From Octopus sinensis (Eukaryota): a stretch of DNA of 64,000 nucleotides. The translations under genes and the position numbers were made by a program. The notes beneath the pieces were generated by a model that was given only the letters and a program-made list of their open reading frames with translations, ran no database searches and was not told where the DNA came from. Shown here in pieces: positions 26,901 to 39,254 of this stretch. Within the stretch, counting starts at the first letter, position 1. Each line of letters starts with the position of its first letter. The stretch is from positions 51,956,001-52,020,000 of the forward strand of contig NC_043010.1 of the NCBI RefSeq assembly GCF_006345805.1. Reading direction: 5' to 3'.

Positions 26901-27166
26901 ACATGAATCAATTGCTTCACGCAGAAGAGCGACTTCTCAACAAGGGAGCTAAATACGTATGCAACTAGCCAGATGTTCTTGCGGCTGTTTCGTCCAAGTC
27001 AAACTTTGAATTTAAGTAGAGGGGAGTCACCATCAGAATCGTCACAACCGTGACTAGCCCAACTTTTCCTATACCTATTTCTTTACTACCCACAAGGGGC
27101 TAAACACAGAGAGGACAAACAAGGACAGACAAACAGATTAAGTCGATTATATCGACCCCAGTGCGT

Positions 27167-27376
27167 AACTGGTACTTATTTAATCGACCCCGAAAGGATG
27201 AAAGGCTAAGTTGACCTCGGCGGAATTTGAACTCAGAACGAAACAGCAGACGAAATACGGCTACGCATTTCGCCCGGCGTAGCCGTATTTCGTCTGCTGT
27301 TTCGTTCTGAGTTCAAATTCCGCCGAGGTCGACTTTGCCTTTCATCCTTTCGGGGTCGATTAAATAAGTTCCAGTT
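27167..27376. repeat. Fold-back inverted duplication of a family-B SINE head
   Basis: About 100-bp arms, 10-nt loop. Confidence 0.9.
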
Positions 27377-28799
27377 TTCCTATATCTACGACTTCCTTAT
27401 CTGACGTATACTCTTTACTCTTTTACTTGTTTCGGTCATTTGACTGCGGCCATGCTGGAGCATCGCCTTTCAGTCGAGCAAATCGATCCCAAGATTTTAT
27501 TCTTTGTAAGCCTAGTACTTAATCTATCGATCTTTTTTGCCGAACCGCTAAGTTACGAGGACGTAAACACACCACCATCGGTTGTCAAGCGATGTTGGAG
27601 GGACACAAACGTATACACGCACATACATATATATTTCTTTACTACCCACAAGGGGCTAAACACAGAGGGGACAAACAAGGACAGACAAACGGATTAAGTC
27701 GATTACATTGACCCCAGTGAACTGGTACTTAATTTATTGACCCCGAAACGATGAAAGGTAAAGTCGATCTCGGCGGAATTTGAACTCAGAACGTAACGAC
27801 TACGCATTTCGCCCGGCGTGCTAACGTTTCTGCCAGCTCGCCGCCTTATGTACATATATATATTTATACATATATATACGACGGGCTTCTTTCAGTTTCC
27901 GTCTACCAAATCCACTCACAAGGTTTTGGTCGGCCCGAGGCTATAGTAAGAGACACTTGCCCAAGGTGCCACGCAGTGGGACTGAACCCGGAACTATGTG
28001 GTTGGTAAGCAAGCTACTTACCACGCAGCCACTCCTCCTTCTTTTCTATTGAGATGATAAAGTGTGATTTGAGAGAATGTAGTTGCACGTCACTCCCGAA
28101 CGAATACAACAGCAGTTATACGTCAATATATCATTTACCTTTTAGTCATAACTACGGTCATGCTGGAGTACCACCATGAAGTGTTTAATCGAACAAATCT
28201 ATCTCGTACTTTTTTTCTTAAGCCTGGTACTTATTCTACCGGGCTCTTTTTGTCGAACCGCTTGGTTACAAGAACGTAAACAAATCAGCACCGTTTGTCA
28301 AGCGGTGGTGGGAGACAAACATACACACACGCACACACGACGGGCTTCTTTCAGTTTAAGTCAACCAAATCTACTTACAAGATGCCAAGCAGTGGGGCTG
28401 AACTCCGAACCATATGGTTGATGAGCAAATTTCTTACCACAGCCAAACCTGCACCAATAAATATTTTTTTTATCTTAGTTTTATTAGTTTTTATTTATTT
28501 TGTTCCACGTAATGTTAAAATTAGTATGACGGTGTTTTGGGTTTGTTTGTTTTTTTTTTACAAAAATATTTGTATCGGTTCCGCGACGTAACTCAAGTGG
28601 CAGACTTACTCCATAGCCCAGTTTAAACTCTGGTTTGAGGATATAGTATTCCCTCCCATCAGTCTCTTGGGGCTTGTAAAGAGTCACGGGTATAACTTTC
28701 TCTTCTGACTAAAAGATGAAAGCAATTTGGGAAATATTTAGTATAGAGGATCTGAGATTAGCTCGATATTTAGTTCCAGGTCATCCCTCATCTTCTAAA

Positions 28800-29290
28800 C
28801 TGCTCACTGGTCAAAGGCGTTCCAGCAGGGGACGTATCTCTCGATGGTCGACTGTGGGTCAGGTTGGATGGACATTTGGAGGGAATTGAAGACAGGTACT
28901 GCAGACGAAATTGTACGAGATATTCCTGGAGCGGTTCCTGTGGACAAACTGCTGATGGACAACGGCACTACATTTAGTTCGGAGACACTGAAGGAGATGC
29001 TTGATAAGTGGAATGTGCACCGCTTCTCCAGGGCAGCATACAGGCTGAGTGGAAATGAGATTGTGGGAAGACATCATTGAGCGATCAAGGCCATGGCAGA
29101 AAGGCGGGGCATCTCGCCACTGGAAGCAGTGTTCTGGCACAATATGTCCGATGAGGACAGGCCAAAGAGTCCGTACCACACAGAACGGTGTTCAAATATG
29201 AATAGCAACATCCGAGTAAATCACTAGAATGTCCTGCAGAAGTGAGTGAACCTGTCTTGGAAGAGGTGGGAGACGCTGCACATCTGTTGT
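28800..29290 (+). pseudogene. Gypsy-type LTR retrotransposon integrase remnant
   Basis: VDKLLMDNGTTFSSE...AAYRLSGNEIVGRHH*AIKAMAER: second D and decayed E motif of the DDE core, with stops/frameshifts. Confidence 0.8.
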
Positions 29291-30903
29291 AAAATGAGTT
29301 CATCCCACTGGTGTGATGTGTGACTGCCATTGTACTGTAGTTGCTGTTTTATGCTAGTAGCCACAGTAGTTACTAGTCATTGGATACCATTGTATCTCTT
29401 CGTACCAGAATAGTAATACACTAACTTCTGTCTTATGTTGAGTCGTCACTGACTGTGACAAACTAGTTTTTGCTTGGGGTGTGCTTGCTTTTATAACTAT
29501 CCAGAAGGATAGCTATATCATTGAGAGCAGTATATTTAGTTGGTAGTCTTGTTATTTCTATTCTAGCTTTTGGTGAAGTAGAAGAGGTTAGAAAGCGTCA
29601 AGTGGTGACATTATTTTGGCCTAGCTAAAGCATCTGGAAAATGTAAAACTGCTGTCAGAGAAAAACCATTGTTCCACCATGGGAAAAGTTCTGTTGCAGT
29701 GTTAATTTAAATTTGGCTATGGTGGATCGAATCCACTTCATGCTTGCAAGATCTACGACACATACATTATTTCCACTAATGTACCACCTGGATTTTCAGA
29801 ATGACTCAAAGGTTTATCCTAACTTCAACCACGGTCATTTTTGTTAACCATGCACTTGGCCGAGAGCTTGATGCGAAATCTGTTTGAGTTTTCTAATCAC
29901 TACTACTGGTTTCACACACACACACACATACAGAGAGAGAGGGAGAGAGAGATTGTGCATTTAGCAACAAAAGTAGACCTCAGTATCGTTGGAAATAAAG
30001 GACTAAATTTATTAAATGACACAAGCATAGCACTTACGTTCAGAACTTCAAGTTGCTGAATTACAATTCAGAGGTTTTTATCTCTACAGTTCTTCACCTG
30101 TTTGTCGACCCAGAGGTATAGTAGAAGACACTTGCCCAAGGTGTCATGCAATAAGACTGAACCCACTGCCAAAGGAGCCTTGTGAGTAGATTTGGGGTAA
30201 ATGGAAGCTGAAAGAAACCCGTCATATATGTATGTGTGTATGTTATGTCTCCATGCTTTGAGTTCAAAAGATAGTTGTAAACGAACGCCACCGTCATGTA
30301 AGCGGTGTCCTTTGTTTTCAATTTTCCCTGAAACCATGTCTGTTCGTGAGAAAATATTACCTTACTTAGAAACAAGTGAGGATTTGTGACAAGGGACCCG
30401 AACATAGAAAATCCACCAGAACAAAACGGACTATGCGAGCATGGAAAAGTAGACATTAAAACGAGTGTGTGTGCGTAAGCAGATGTTTTTGGCACCAGAG
30501 AAAGCAAACAGGTGGTTATTGTGAGGAAAATGGATATTGAATAAGATAAAGAGGGTGACTGATTGACTGCTTCTTCCGATCTTCAGGTCTCTAAGGTATT
30601 GAAGAGAGCGCGAGAGGTTAGCACATTTGTATTTATTGGAGTAATTTTTATTTAAAAGGAAAAGTATATGAGCTTGTTAATAATAAATAGTAGCATTGGT
30701 AGGCAAAGCAGTGGTAGTCTGTGTCAGGGCAACCCGAGAAATGTATGTAACGAAGGAATTTGCACTGGCGAGAAAACGAAACATCAAAGGCCGTGGAATA
30801 TATGAAGTTCTTCCAGAGCTATCTTAGGTGGGTCTTGAAATGGTTATATGTGGGAGGACGAAACCTGTAGTGGTGACCTACTACGGATCTTACTACTGTA
30901 GTA

Positions 30904-30939
<36 letters not shown>

Positions 30940-31049
30940 ATTATTAGAATGCTGTCATAGAGTAAGATAAAATAAAACAAAAATAAAATAAATACGACAA
31001 TCCCAAATAAAAAAATTAGGTTAACCCAGTTATTATCTCCCCTTGTTTC

Positions 31050-31237
31050 TGACGTCACCAACCTTTTCAGGTTAATATGTGCCATGGCTAAACCGTAGAG
31101 CGATCGGTCCTCATCACCTTTTTTTGCTCCTCTTTTTTATATACACTAATCAGGATTACCTGTCATAAGGGAAAGAAGAGCAACAATTGAATTACCATCA
31201 CATATTGAATCGAAATCGAACTAAATTTTCGGTAAGT
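31050..31237 (+). promoter_or_regulatory. PRELID1: Candidate PRELID1 promoter / non-coding first exon
   Basis: Perfect CRE palindrome TGACGTCA at 31050-31057; strong donor TTCG/GTAAGT at 31232; the first coding exon has an acceptor and needs an upstream exon. Confidence 0.45.
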
Positions 31238-33714
31238 TTCTAATTTTTTTTATAGAATTTTCAAAAAAAATTTATATGATATGGACGTTATAGAAAAATG
31301 TGATGAATCACATAATTAAAAAAATGTAGGTATTTGTTACCTGAATGTATCTTTATATAGAGGAAAAATTAGGATTGTTTTAAGTAGAAAGGAAAATGAG
31401 AGACTGTGACTTTCATACCGCTCCCAAGGACATCAGTCAGGGACATCTGAGAAAAGAAAAACAACAAAACCTCATTTCAACTAAACTATTAGAAGCCGGG
31501 TCGAGCACTGGGGACCCGCTAATACATTTTTAATTACGTACACATGATGGTCTGAGATCTTTGCTGAAGTATAAATTAGTATGGCTTGATGTAAGGTGAC
31601 ACGTTGTTAAAATTATTGTGGAGATGGATTTTAATTTGATTTATTTTTATTTACCGATGACATTAACGAAATACTATCGAAGGTGTCTGAGTGCGGTCTC
31701 TCGATATTGGCGGGGCCCCAATCTTACAGAAATAGCAGCCAAATTAAATTTTAAATCATACTTTAAAAAAATAAAAGGGAAATTCACTTCGAACAATGTA
31801 ACTTCAGAGATGAACTTTTAAAATAACTATCGCTACTTCATGGGAAAGAAAACTGGTGATGAATCGGGGAGCAAAAACTGAAAAAAAAAAAATCGAATTC
31901 TTTTGGAGGAAAAAAATCCTTTTTGAATCCCAATTCTCGTTAAATGAAACACGAGAAGACTAAAAATAAATGAAAGAACTACCCCCTATTTTTAGTCCTT
32001 TCTCTTCTACTCGAGGTAGTGAAAACTGTATCAAACCCTTTCTCCTCAGATATACAAAAGACGTGAGGGTCACGGCTAAAACGCTTTTATCCTAGGTCTC
32101 TTAACTGAGGGCTTACCTGAAGTTAATGAAACACCACCCAGAAATATGCACTGCGTGGCACCTTGGGTTAGTTTCTTCCATCTTGTGACTGGAATTTGGT
32201 AGATGGGAACTGCAGAATCTTGTCATTTGTATTAACACACACACAAAAAAAACCTTACTGAGTTTCACAATTCAATACTTGTATATGCTATTCGTGTATA
32301 AATATATACACCACTGTGATACAGGTGTCTAAATCTCGAATTTAGCAAAAATTTGTACTCGTGATAGGTTCGAATGTGTAATGATTGTGGTGTATACTAT
32401 ATACAGAGGATTTAAAAGTAACGTGGTGTGAGCTTGAATGATACGTATCTATGAAGTCTATGAAATCAAATAGAATTTACACACGCACTCTGTACCCATA
32501 AAGCATCCTTTGCGTAGTTTATTGACTTGAATTAGTCGCTAAATCTTCCTCAAATTACACCCTACCGCCTTTGACAAGGAAAAGACGAAATTCTTGTGTA
32601 TTGTTGAAAATCTAGGTATGGCTAAAACGATAATATTGTCTCGTCTTGAAGAACGTGGATCATAGGTTTACAGAACCAAAGCTGACCTATGGCTAAACAA
32701 AAAGATACCTCTGCGTCGTGACTCTGCTTGCTGTGTAAAACAGCTATAAATTGTTCCTAAAATAGGTGTCGTTATTTGGATACATAAAAGCAGAAATAAA
32801 AAAAGACACACCTCCGTGTGTATTTCCACGCATAAAAATAATTGCCCCTAGCACGTGCTTTCAACACTATTCTTTACACACGCACGTGAGTCTCTGTTCA
32901 TCGTTTGACCTGCTCGAAATGACAAATAAACTTCCTTCAAATCACATCCTACTTTACTAAACAAGGAAAGACACCTTGGGTAATGTAATCGTCGACATAG
33001 AAAAACAAAAGAATCTATATATTCACCGCCGGAACGATCTTCATCAAACGTCTACGCGCGACCGTACTGATCTTCGGTCGACCAGTAGTCTCTGAGAGAA
33101 ATTTAGCTAGCGGTGCAAGACTGCTTTTGGATCCTGTTCGGGAACAGGATGCCCTTTAAAACTTCAAGGAACTGCGAAATATGGTTTCTGGGAAGTCCTA
33201 GTAAATAATTACGGACCTTGGACGCCGTTGTACCTGCTGCCTCCTACCCGCCTCTTATAAGACCTACAACACACAAATCTATCTGATCCATACATTGGTT
33301 GTCTCACATGTGTGACATTCATTTAACTGAGATTGTCCTGGCAATTAGCAGACAAAAACTCCCTCTTCGGGTGTTTTGAGATCTGTAAATAACTAATGAT
33401 ATCAGCCAGTCGAAATTTTCGGAAACTAAAGGCGCTGTAGATGATTGTGGATTTCGTCTTTAAAACCAAAAGGTGATAGCAACGGACATATTTCAGTCTT
33501 AAGATCTCTTTAGAGAGACATCCTTCATCAATTGTCAAGATTGAGAAGTGTTCAAGTATATGTGCGAATAGAGGGGATGTAGTGATGTTCAATATATAGT
33601 TTACGTGTCCCAAATATGCAGCATGTGTACGTAAGTATGTATGTGAGATGTACATATGATGATCATTAAATTCCTTTTTTACATGCTGGATTCCCTTCCT
33701 AACCACCTTACACG

Positions 33715-33752
<38 letters not shown>

Positions 33753-34162
33753 GGAGTTTAACGCAGGTATAATTCAAATACTTTTACTTCCGACACATGT
33801 TTCGAAGAAATCACTGATATTATTCCACGTAAACCCGAAGTTTCTACCTTTAAAATCAAGGCGTTACAACCTTTATACATGTGTGATTTTTTGCTACCCT
33901 GGTAACTATTTATCTATTTTTTTCCGTGTTATTTGTTAACAAGGGGAAAATACACTCATCTATTCATATATATATATGTATGTATATATATGTGTGTGTG
34001 TGTCTGCCTCATGCTAGCATGGGAAAATAGACGTAAGAGCAATGATACAGGTGTGTTGTGCATGTGCAAATATATTTCGGTTTTGAATTTTCTTTGCAAG
34101 ACTCTTAATGTGAAATAGTGTGTTGCCAAAATTACCCTCCCAGTATGCAATATATATATATA

Positions 34163-34543
34163 CTAGCAGTATCGCCCGGCGTTGCTCAGGTTTGTAAGGG
34201 AAATAACTATAAAGCATTTTTAGAGAGTTATAGCCAAAAAATAGCAAAAAGATGGGAAAAAATGATGGTAAATTTTTTTTAGTTAAAAAAGGTGGAGTTG
34301 CGTCCCCTAGACAGTTTGCGGTTTGTGTTTCTGATTCTCGACCCCATGTCGAATTTATCGATTTTTTTCAGAACTGGGGGAACTTTTCAAAATTTTCGCT
34401 GCGTTAGTTTTGAATTATGACATTGGGCTATGTGTGTGTCAAGTTTCATCAGAATCGGTTGAAAGCCGTGGTCAGGGTGAGGGTACAAGAAAACAGACAC
34501 ACAGAAACACGCACAGACAAACTGCCGTTTATATAGAGAGAGA
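34163..34543 (-). mobile_element. Non-autonomous Helitron
   Basis: Minus strand reads A|TCTC... at the 5' end and GC hairpin CCTGAGCAACGCCGGG then CTAG|T at the 3' end; decayed relative at about 41920-42350. Confidence 0.75.
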
Positions 34544-35768
34544 TATTATTGAAATAGCATGTGATATATGTGGAGCTGGCAAGTACTCATGAATGGGTTA
34601 GTATGTGTGTCTGTATGCTTACGTGTGTGTGTGTGTGTGTGCATCATTTTTTTCATGCATCAACAGGTTCGCATCAACTTCTCAGCTTGACGTGTATTGT
34701 CAGCTGTTTTAATAACTTATTCAACATGATTATTTCTTTTTAACTTTGTTACTGCATTACTTGAGGATTGTGTGTCTCATAGACAGATAATGGTTTCAAA
34801 TTTTGGCATGGAAAACCAGCAGTTTCTGTAGGTGGGAGAGTAAGTCGATTACATGAATCCCAGTGCTAAAATGGTACGTATTTTACTGACCCCTTAAAGG
34901 TCGAAAGGCAAAGATACCATTTTATTAGTTATAGCTAATTCCGTAAAAGAGAGGGATGGGGGCAGGGATTGAACCCAGTACTTCTGTGGCAATTTATTTA
35001 TTGACTCAAAAAGGGATAAAAGACAGAGTTAACCTCGGTGGGAATTTGAATTCAGTGTGCAAAGAATCATGGCAAATATCACTAAGAATTCTATATTCTA
35101 TCTGACATTCTAATGACTCCGCTTAATTGGCTGCCTTGACCTCGGATTACTGTATTTTCTATATTTCATTTGCTGCAGATGCAAAGCTGCAGACTGACTG
35201 GCACTTAACAACAGCAACAACAACAACAGCGACAGCAGCAGCAGTCGATAAGTAGGAGAATCCATTAGAAAGCTATTCAGTGTGTTAAGATAAAAAGTCA
35301 ATACTATATGATGGATGCCATTTGTCACTATATAACAGACAATGCACTGTTACATATTTACTTTATTATTTTGCAATAATAGGCACAGGCCTGGGCATGT
35401 GATAAGAAGCTTGCTTTCCAGCCACATGGTTTTGGGTTCAGTGCCACTGCGTGGAACCTTGGACGAGTGTTTTCTACTCTAGCCTCTGGCCAATCAAAGC
35501 CTTGTGAATAGATTTGGTAGATGGAAACTGAAAAAAGCCCAGCACCATTTGAGCGTGGCCGTTGCCAGTGCTGCCTGACTGGCCCTCGTGCCGGTGGCAC
35601 GTAAAAGCAGCCACTACGCTCTCGGAGTGGTTGGCATTAGGAAGGACATCCAGCTGTAGAAACTCTGCAAGATTAGATTGAAGTCTGGTGCAGCCATCTG
35701 GTTTGCCAGACCTCAGTCAAATCGTCCAACCCATGCTAGCATGGAAAGCAGACATTAAACGATGATGA

Positions 35769-35811
<43 letters not shown>

Positions 35812-36650
35812 GTGTCTTTGTGTTCGTCTCCCACCAGTGCTTGGCAACCAGCATTGGTGTGTTTACATCCCTATAACTTAGCAGTTTGGCAAAAGAGACC
35901 AACAGAATAAGTACTAGGCTTTAAAAAAAAAGTCCTGGTATCAATTTATCTGACTAAAACCCCTCAAGGCAGGTTCCCAACATGGCCCCAGTCAAATGAC
36001 TGAAACAATCATCATCATCATCATTTAACGTCCGTGTTCCATGCTACCATGGGTAGGATGGTACCACAAGAGCTGGCCAGGCCGAAGCCTGCACCAGACT
36101 TCTGTGATTGTTATGGCAGGATTTTTACAGCTGGATGCGTTTCCTAACACCAACCGCTCAGCAGAGTGGACTTAGTGCTTATTATGTGGCACAAGCACAG
36201 GCAAGGTCAGTTTTGGCAAGATTTTTACAGTTGGATTCTTAACCACACAGCCATGCCTGCACCTTGGTAATAAGACAGAATATTGTATAATATAAAATTC
36301 TTCAGGCTGTTTACTTCATTTCTGAATTGAACACATTTGCATTGATACTGTAATTTGGTCTGTTTGATCTCCGATCACCATCAGATGTTATATCTCTATA
36401 TGTGTGAATTTTTACCAATCAGTCTTATGTCTGTTATGAATCAGCAGGCTCATAAGACCAGGTCTTAATTCAGTTTATATGATGTACAAGCAGGCAAGAG
36501 TACAATACTCTCCTTTTTAAACTGAACACCACTAGGTTAACCCCCACCAGCTGTTGGTACTCATTACTTAAAAACACAATGTGCTGCACATTTTAGGAAT
36601 TGAAACCACAACCTTATAATTGTCAGTCCAACATTCTAAACACTCAGCCA

Positions 36651-37155
36651 TACCATAAATCCTCGAGTATAATCCGCATTTTCCCCCCAAAATTTAATGG
36701 TCAAAATCCTGAATGCGTACTATATACAAGCTTAAAAATGAAAAATATTTTCTAAGCAATGTCCGAGTCTCTATTTGCTGTCCGGCAATGTTTATTCAGA
36801 TGCATTTTGTGATGTTGGGTGTGAAAATACCTTAAGCTAAGCCAGAAAGAAATGAAGTCATAAAAGAATTATCCATAACTTGCAGTAAGCAACATTTATT
36901 AAACGTTATTACTGTTACTTCTTTAATTTCTGAAAACAAAATGCACAAAAAAGCTACACGTTTGCATTATGTTATATGTACAATAATAATAATAATAAAT
37001 GACGTTACCGTATACATTTTTACAAACCAAGGACGTTATATACACCTCCTTGACTCAAGTCAGAGAAGGGGTGCGTATTATACACAAGGTTTAGGTTTTT
37101 CAGAGGCACAGCCCCCTAAAAATCCCCTGCGTATTATACTTGAGGATTTACGGTA
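36651..37155. mobile_element. pogo/Tigger-like MITE, copy 1
   Basis: TA-CC(A/G)TAAATCCT..AGTATAAT TIRs, TA target duplication, about 500 bp. Confidence 0.85.
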
Positions 37156-39162
37156 TACATTCACATAGTACCAGAATGGATTTGAAACAGAAACTTTATT
37201 TCATTTGCATTGTGGATTACTTTCAGTTTAAAAAGATAGGCACCTTATTCAAATCCAGTCAGGTTTTATGTACACATCCAGGAATAAGTAGACATCTGAG
37301 GATGATGATTAGAGACCAAAATGTAAAGTAGATGTATAAAAAAAAAATAATCGTCGCTAAAGGTTATCTTAATTAGTTTGAAAAACTATAATCTTATCAA
37401 TTACTAATCTCAACCAGACATTTACACATCCAGGAATAAAACATCTCATGATGATCAGATCATATCAACGAAGAGATAATTGTGATGTAAATATTGTTAA
37501 AAAATGTTTCACCTCTAAAGATGAAGCTAAGTATTAAAAACAAAACAAAAAAAAACTGCACTCTTAATGACTCGGACATTTAGCACAGTATAGATAGTAG
37601 GTATGGCTGTGTGGTGAGAAGCTTGCTTCCCAGGCTAATCAAAGCCTTGTGAGTGGATTTAGTAGATGGAAGCTGAAAGAAGCCTGTCATGTGTGTATAT
37701 GTGTGCATGTCTTTGTGTTTGTCCCATACCGTCTCCTGCATAATTACCTATTTCTTTACTACCCACAAGGGGCTAAACACAGAGGGGACAAACAAGGACA
37801 GACAAACGGATTAAGTCGATTACATCGACCCCAGTGCGTAACTGGTACTTAATTTATCGACCACGAAAGGATGAAAGGCAAAGTCGACCTCGGTGGAATT
37901 TGAACTCAGAACATAGCGGCAGACGAAATACTGCTAAGCATTTCGCCTGGCGTGCTAACGTTTCTGCCAGCTCGCCACCTTACTTTTTGACTAAACCATT
38001 CAAGGTGGTACCCTAGCATGGCTGCAGTCCAATGACAATAGCAAACAAAAGATGATACTCTTTTACTTGTTTCAGTCATTTGACTGCGGCCATGCTGGAG
38101 CACCGCCTTTAGTCGAGCAAATCGACCCTGGGACTTATTCTTTCTATCGGTCTCTTTTGCCGAAACGCTAAGTGACAGAGACATAAACACACCAGCATCG
38201 GTTGTCAAGCAATGCTAGGGGGACAAACACGAAGACACACACACACACATATATATATATATGACAGGCTTCTTTCAGTTTCCGTCTACCAAATCCATTG
38301 GTCAGCCCGGGGCTATAGCAGAAGACACTTGCCCAAGATGCCACGCAGTGGGACTGAACCCGGAACCATGTGGTTGGTTAGCAAGTTACTTACCACACAG
38401 CCACTCCTGCGCCTATGATAGATAAGATTGATTGATAAACAATGCTTATTTATGTACTCTCTTACATAACCAAATGGTGGAAGACTATTTCAAATGTATC
38501 AACTTACTTTGGCTTTTTTTCATTCACCTCACCATCTTAAAAGGGAAAGACATTGGATGGTGTAGGCTTAGTTGTACTTGTAACCATCACTTAACGTCCA
38601 CTTTTCCATGCTTGCACAGATTGGATTGAATTTGCTAATTTGTAGAGGCAGATTTTTTTATGGTTGGATGCCCTTCCTATTGCCAACTCTCACCTGTTTC
38701 CAGACAGGTATGTATTTCTCTGTGGAAGATTGGAAATAAGCAGCATCACCTGTGTGACAGTGATGCCCACCTACTGTCATCATATACAAGCAAACACACA
38801 CACGCATGTGCACACACACACACACACACAATGGGTATTTTTCAGTTTCCATCTACCAGATTCACTCACAAGGTGTTGGTTGGCCAGGGCTACTGTAGAA
38901 GACACTTGCTCAAGGTGCCATGCTGTTGGACTGAACCTAAAGCCACGTGGTTGAGATTTGAGCAAAAAAGGAAGAAAAATACATAGGATGATCAAAGTGA
39001 GAATACCTTTAACCATAGATCTACTCAATCAGAGCAGTCTCTGATTGAGTAAGTCTAAATATAATTAAACAATAATATTTTAATGTTATAATTTGAAGGG
39101 TTCCTCTGCTAATTCTGATATGTTTTTTTACTTTTCAGAGACACATTTTCTATCAGAAGATT

Positions 39163-39254
39163 ATGGTGAAATATTACAGCGGTACTCAAATCTTAAAATT
39201 TTCCTGGGACCAGTTAGCTTCTGCATTTTGGCAACGCTATCCAAATCCATACAG
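39163..39254 (+). CDS. PRELID1: PRELID1 coding exon 1 (exon starts at acceptor 39139; 24 nt of 5'UTR)
   Basis: cttttcag acceptor; ATG at 39163; WQRYPNPY; donor AG/GTTAGT, phase 2. Confidence 0.95.

Noticed and set aside
30819-31085. MAHINLK... ORF with good Kozak context
   Set aside because: Runs through a T-rich tract and (GA)n; every splice option I tried hit an early stop
33085-33140. U7 snRNA-like (AATTTAGCTAG plus hairpin)
   Set aside because: Two mismatches to the U7 Sm site, no histone-downstream-element complement, weak stem
33323-33706. 127-aa minus-strand ORF
   Set aside because: Starts in a repeat tail, has no recognisable motif and no splice signals linking it to a gene
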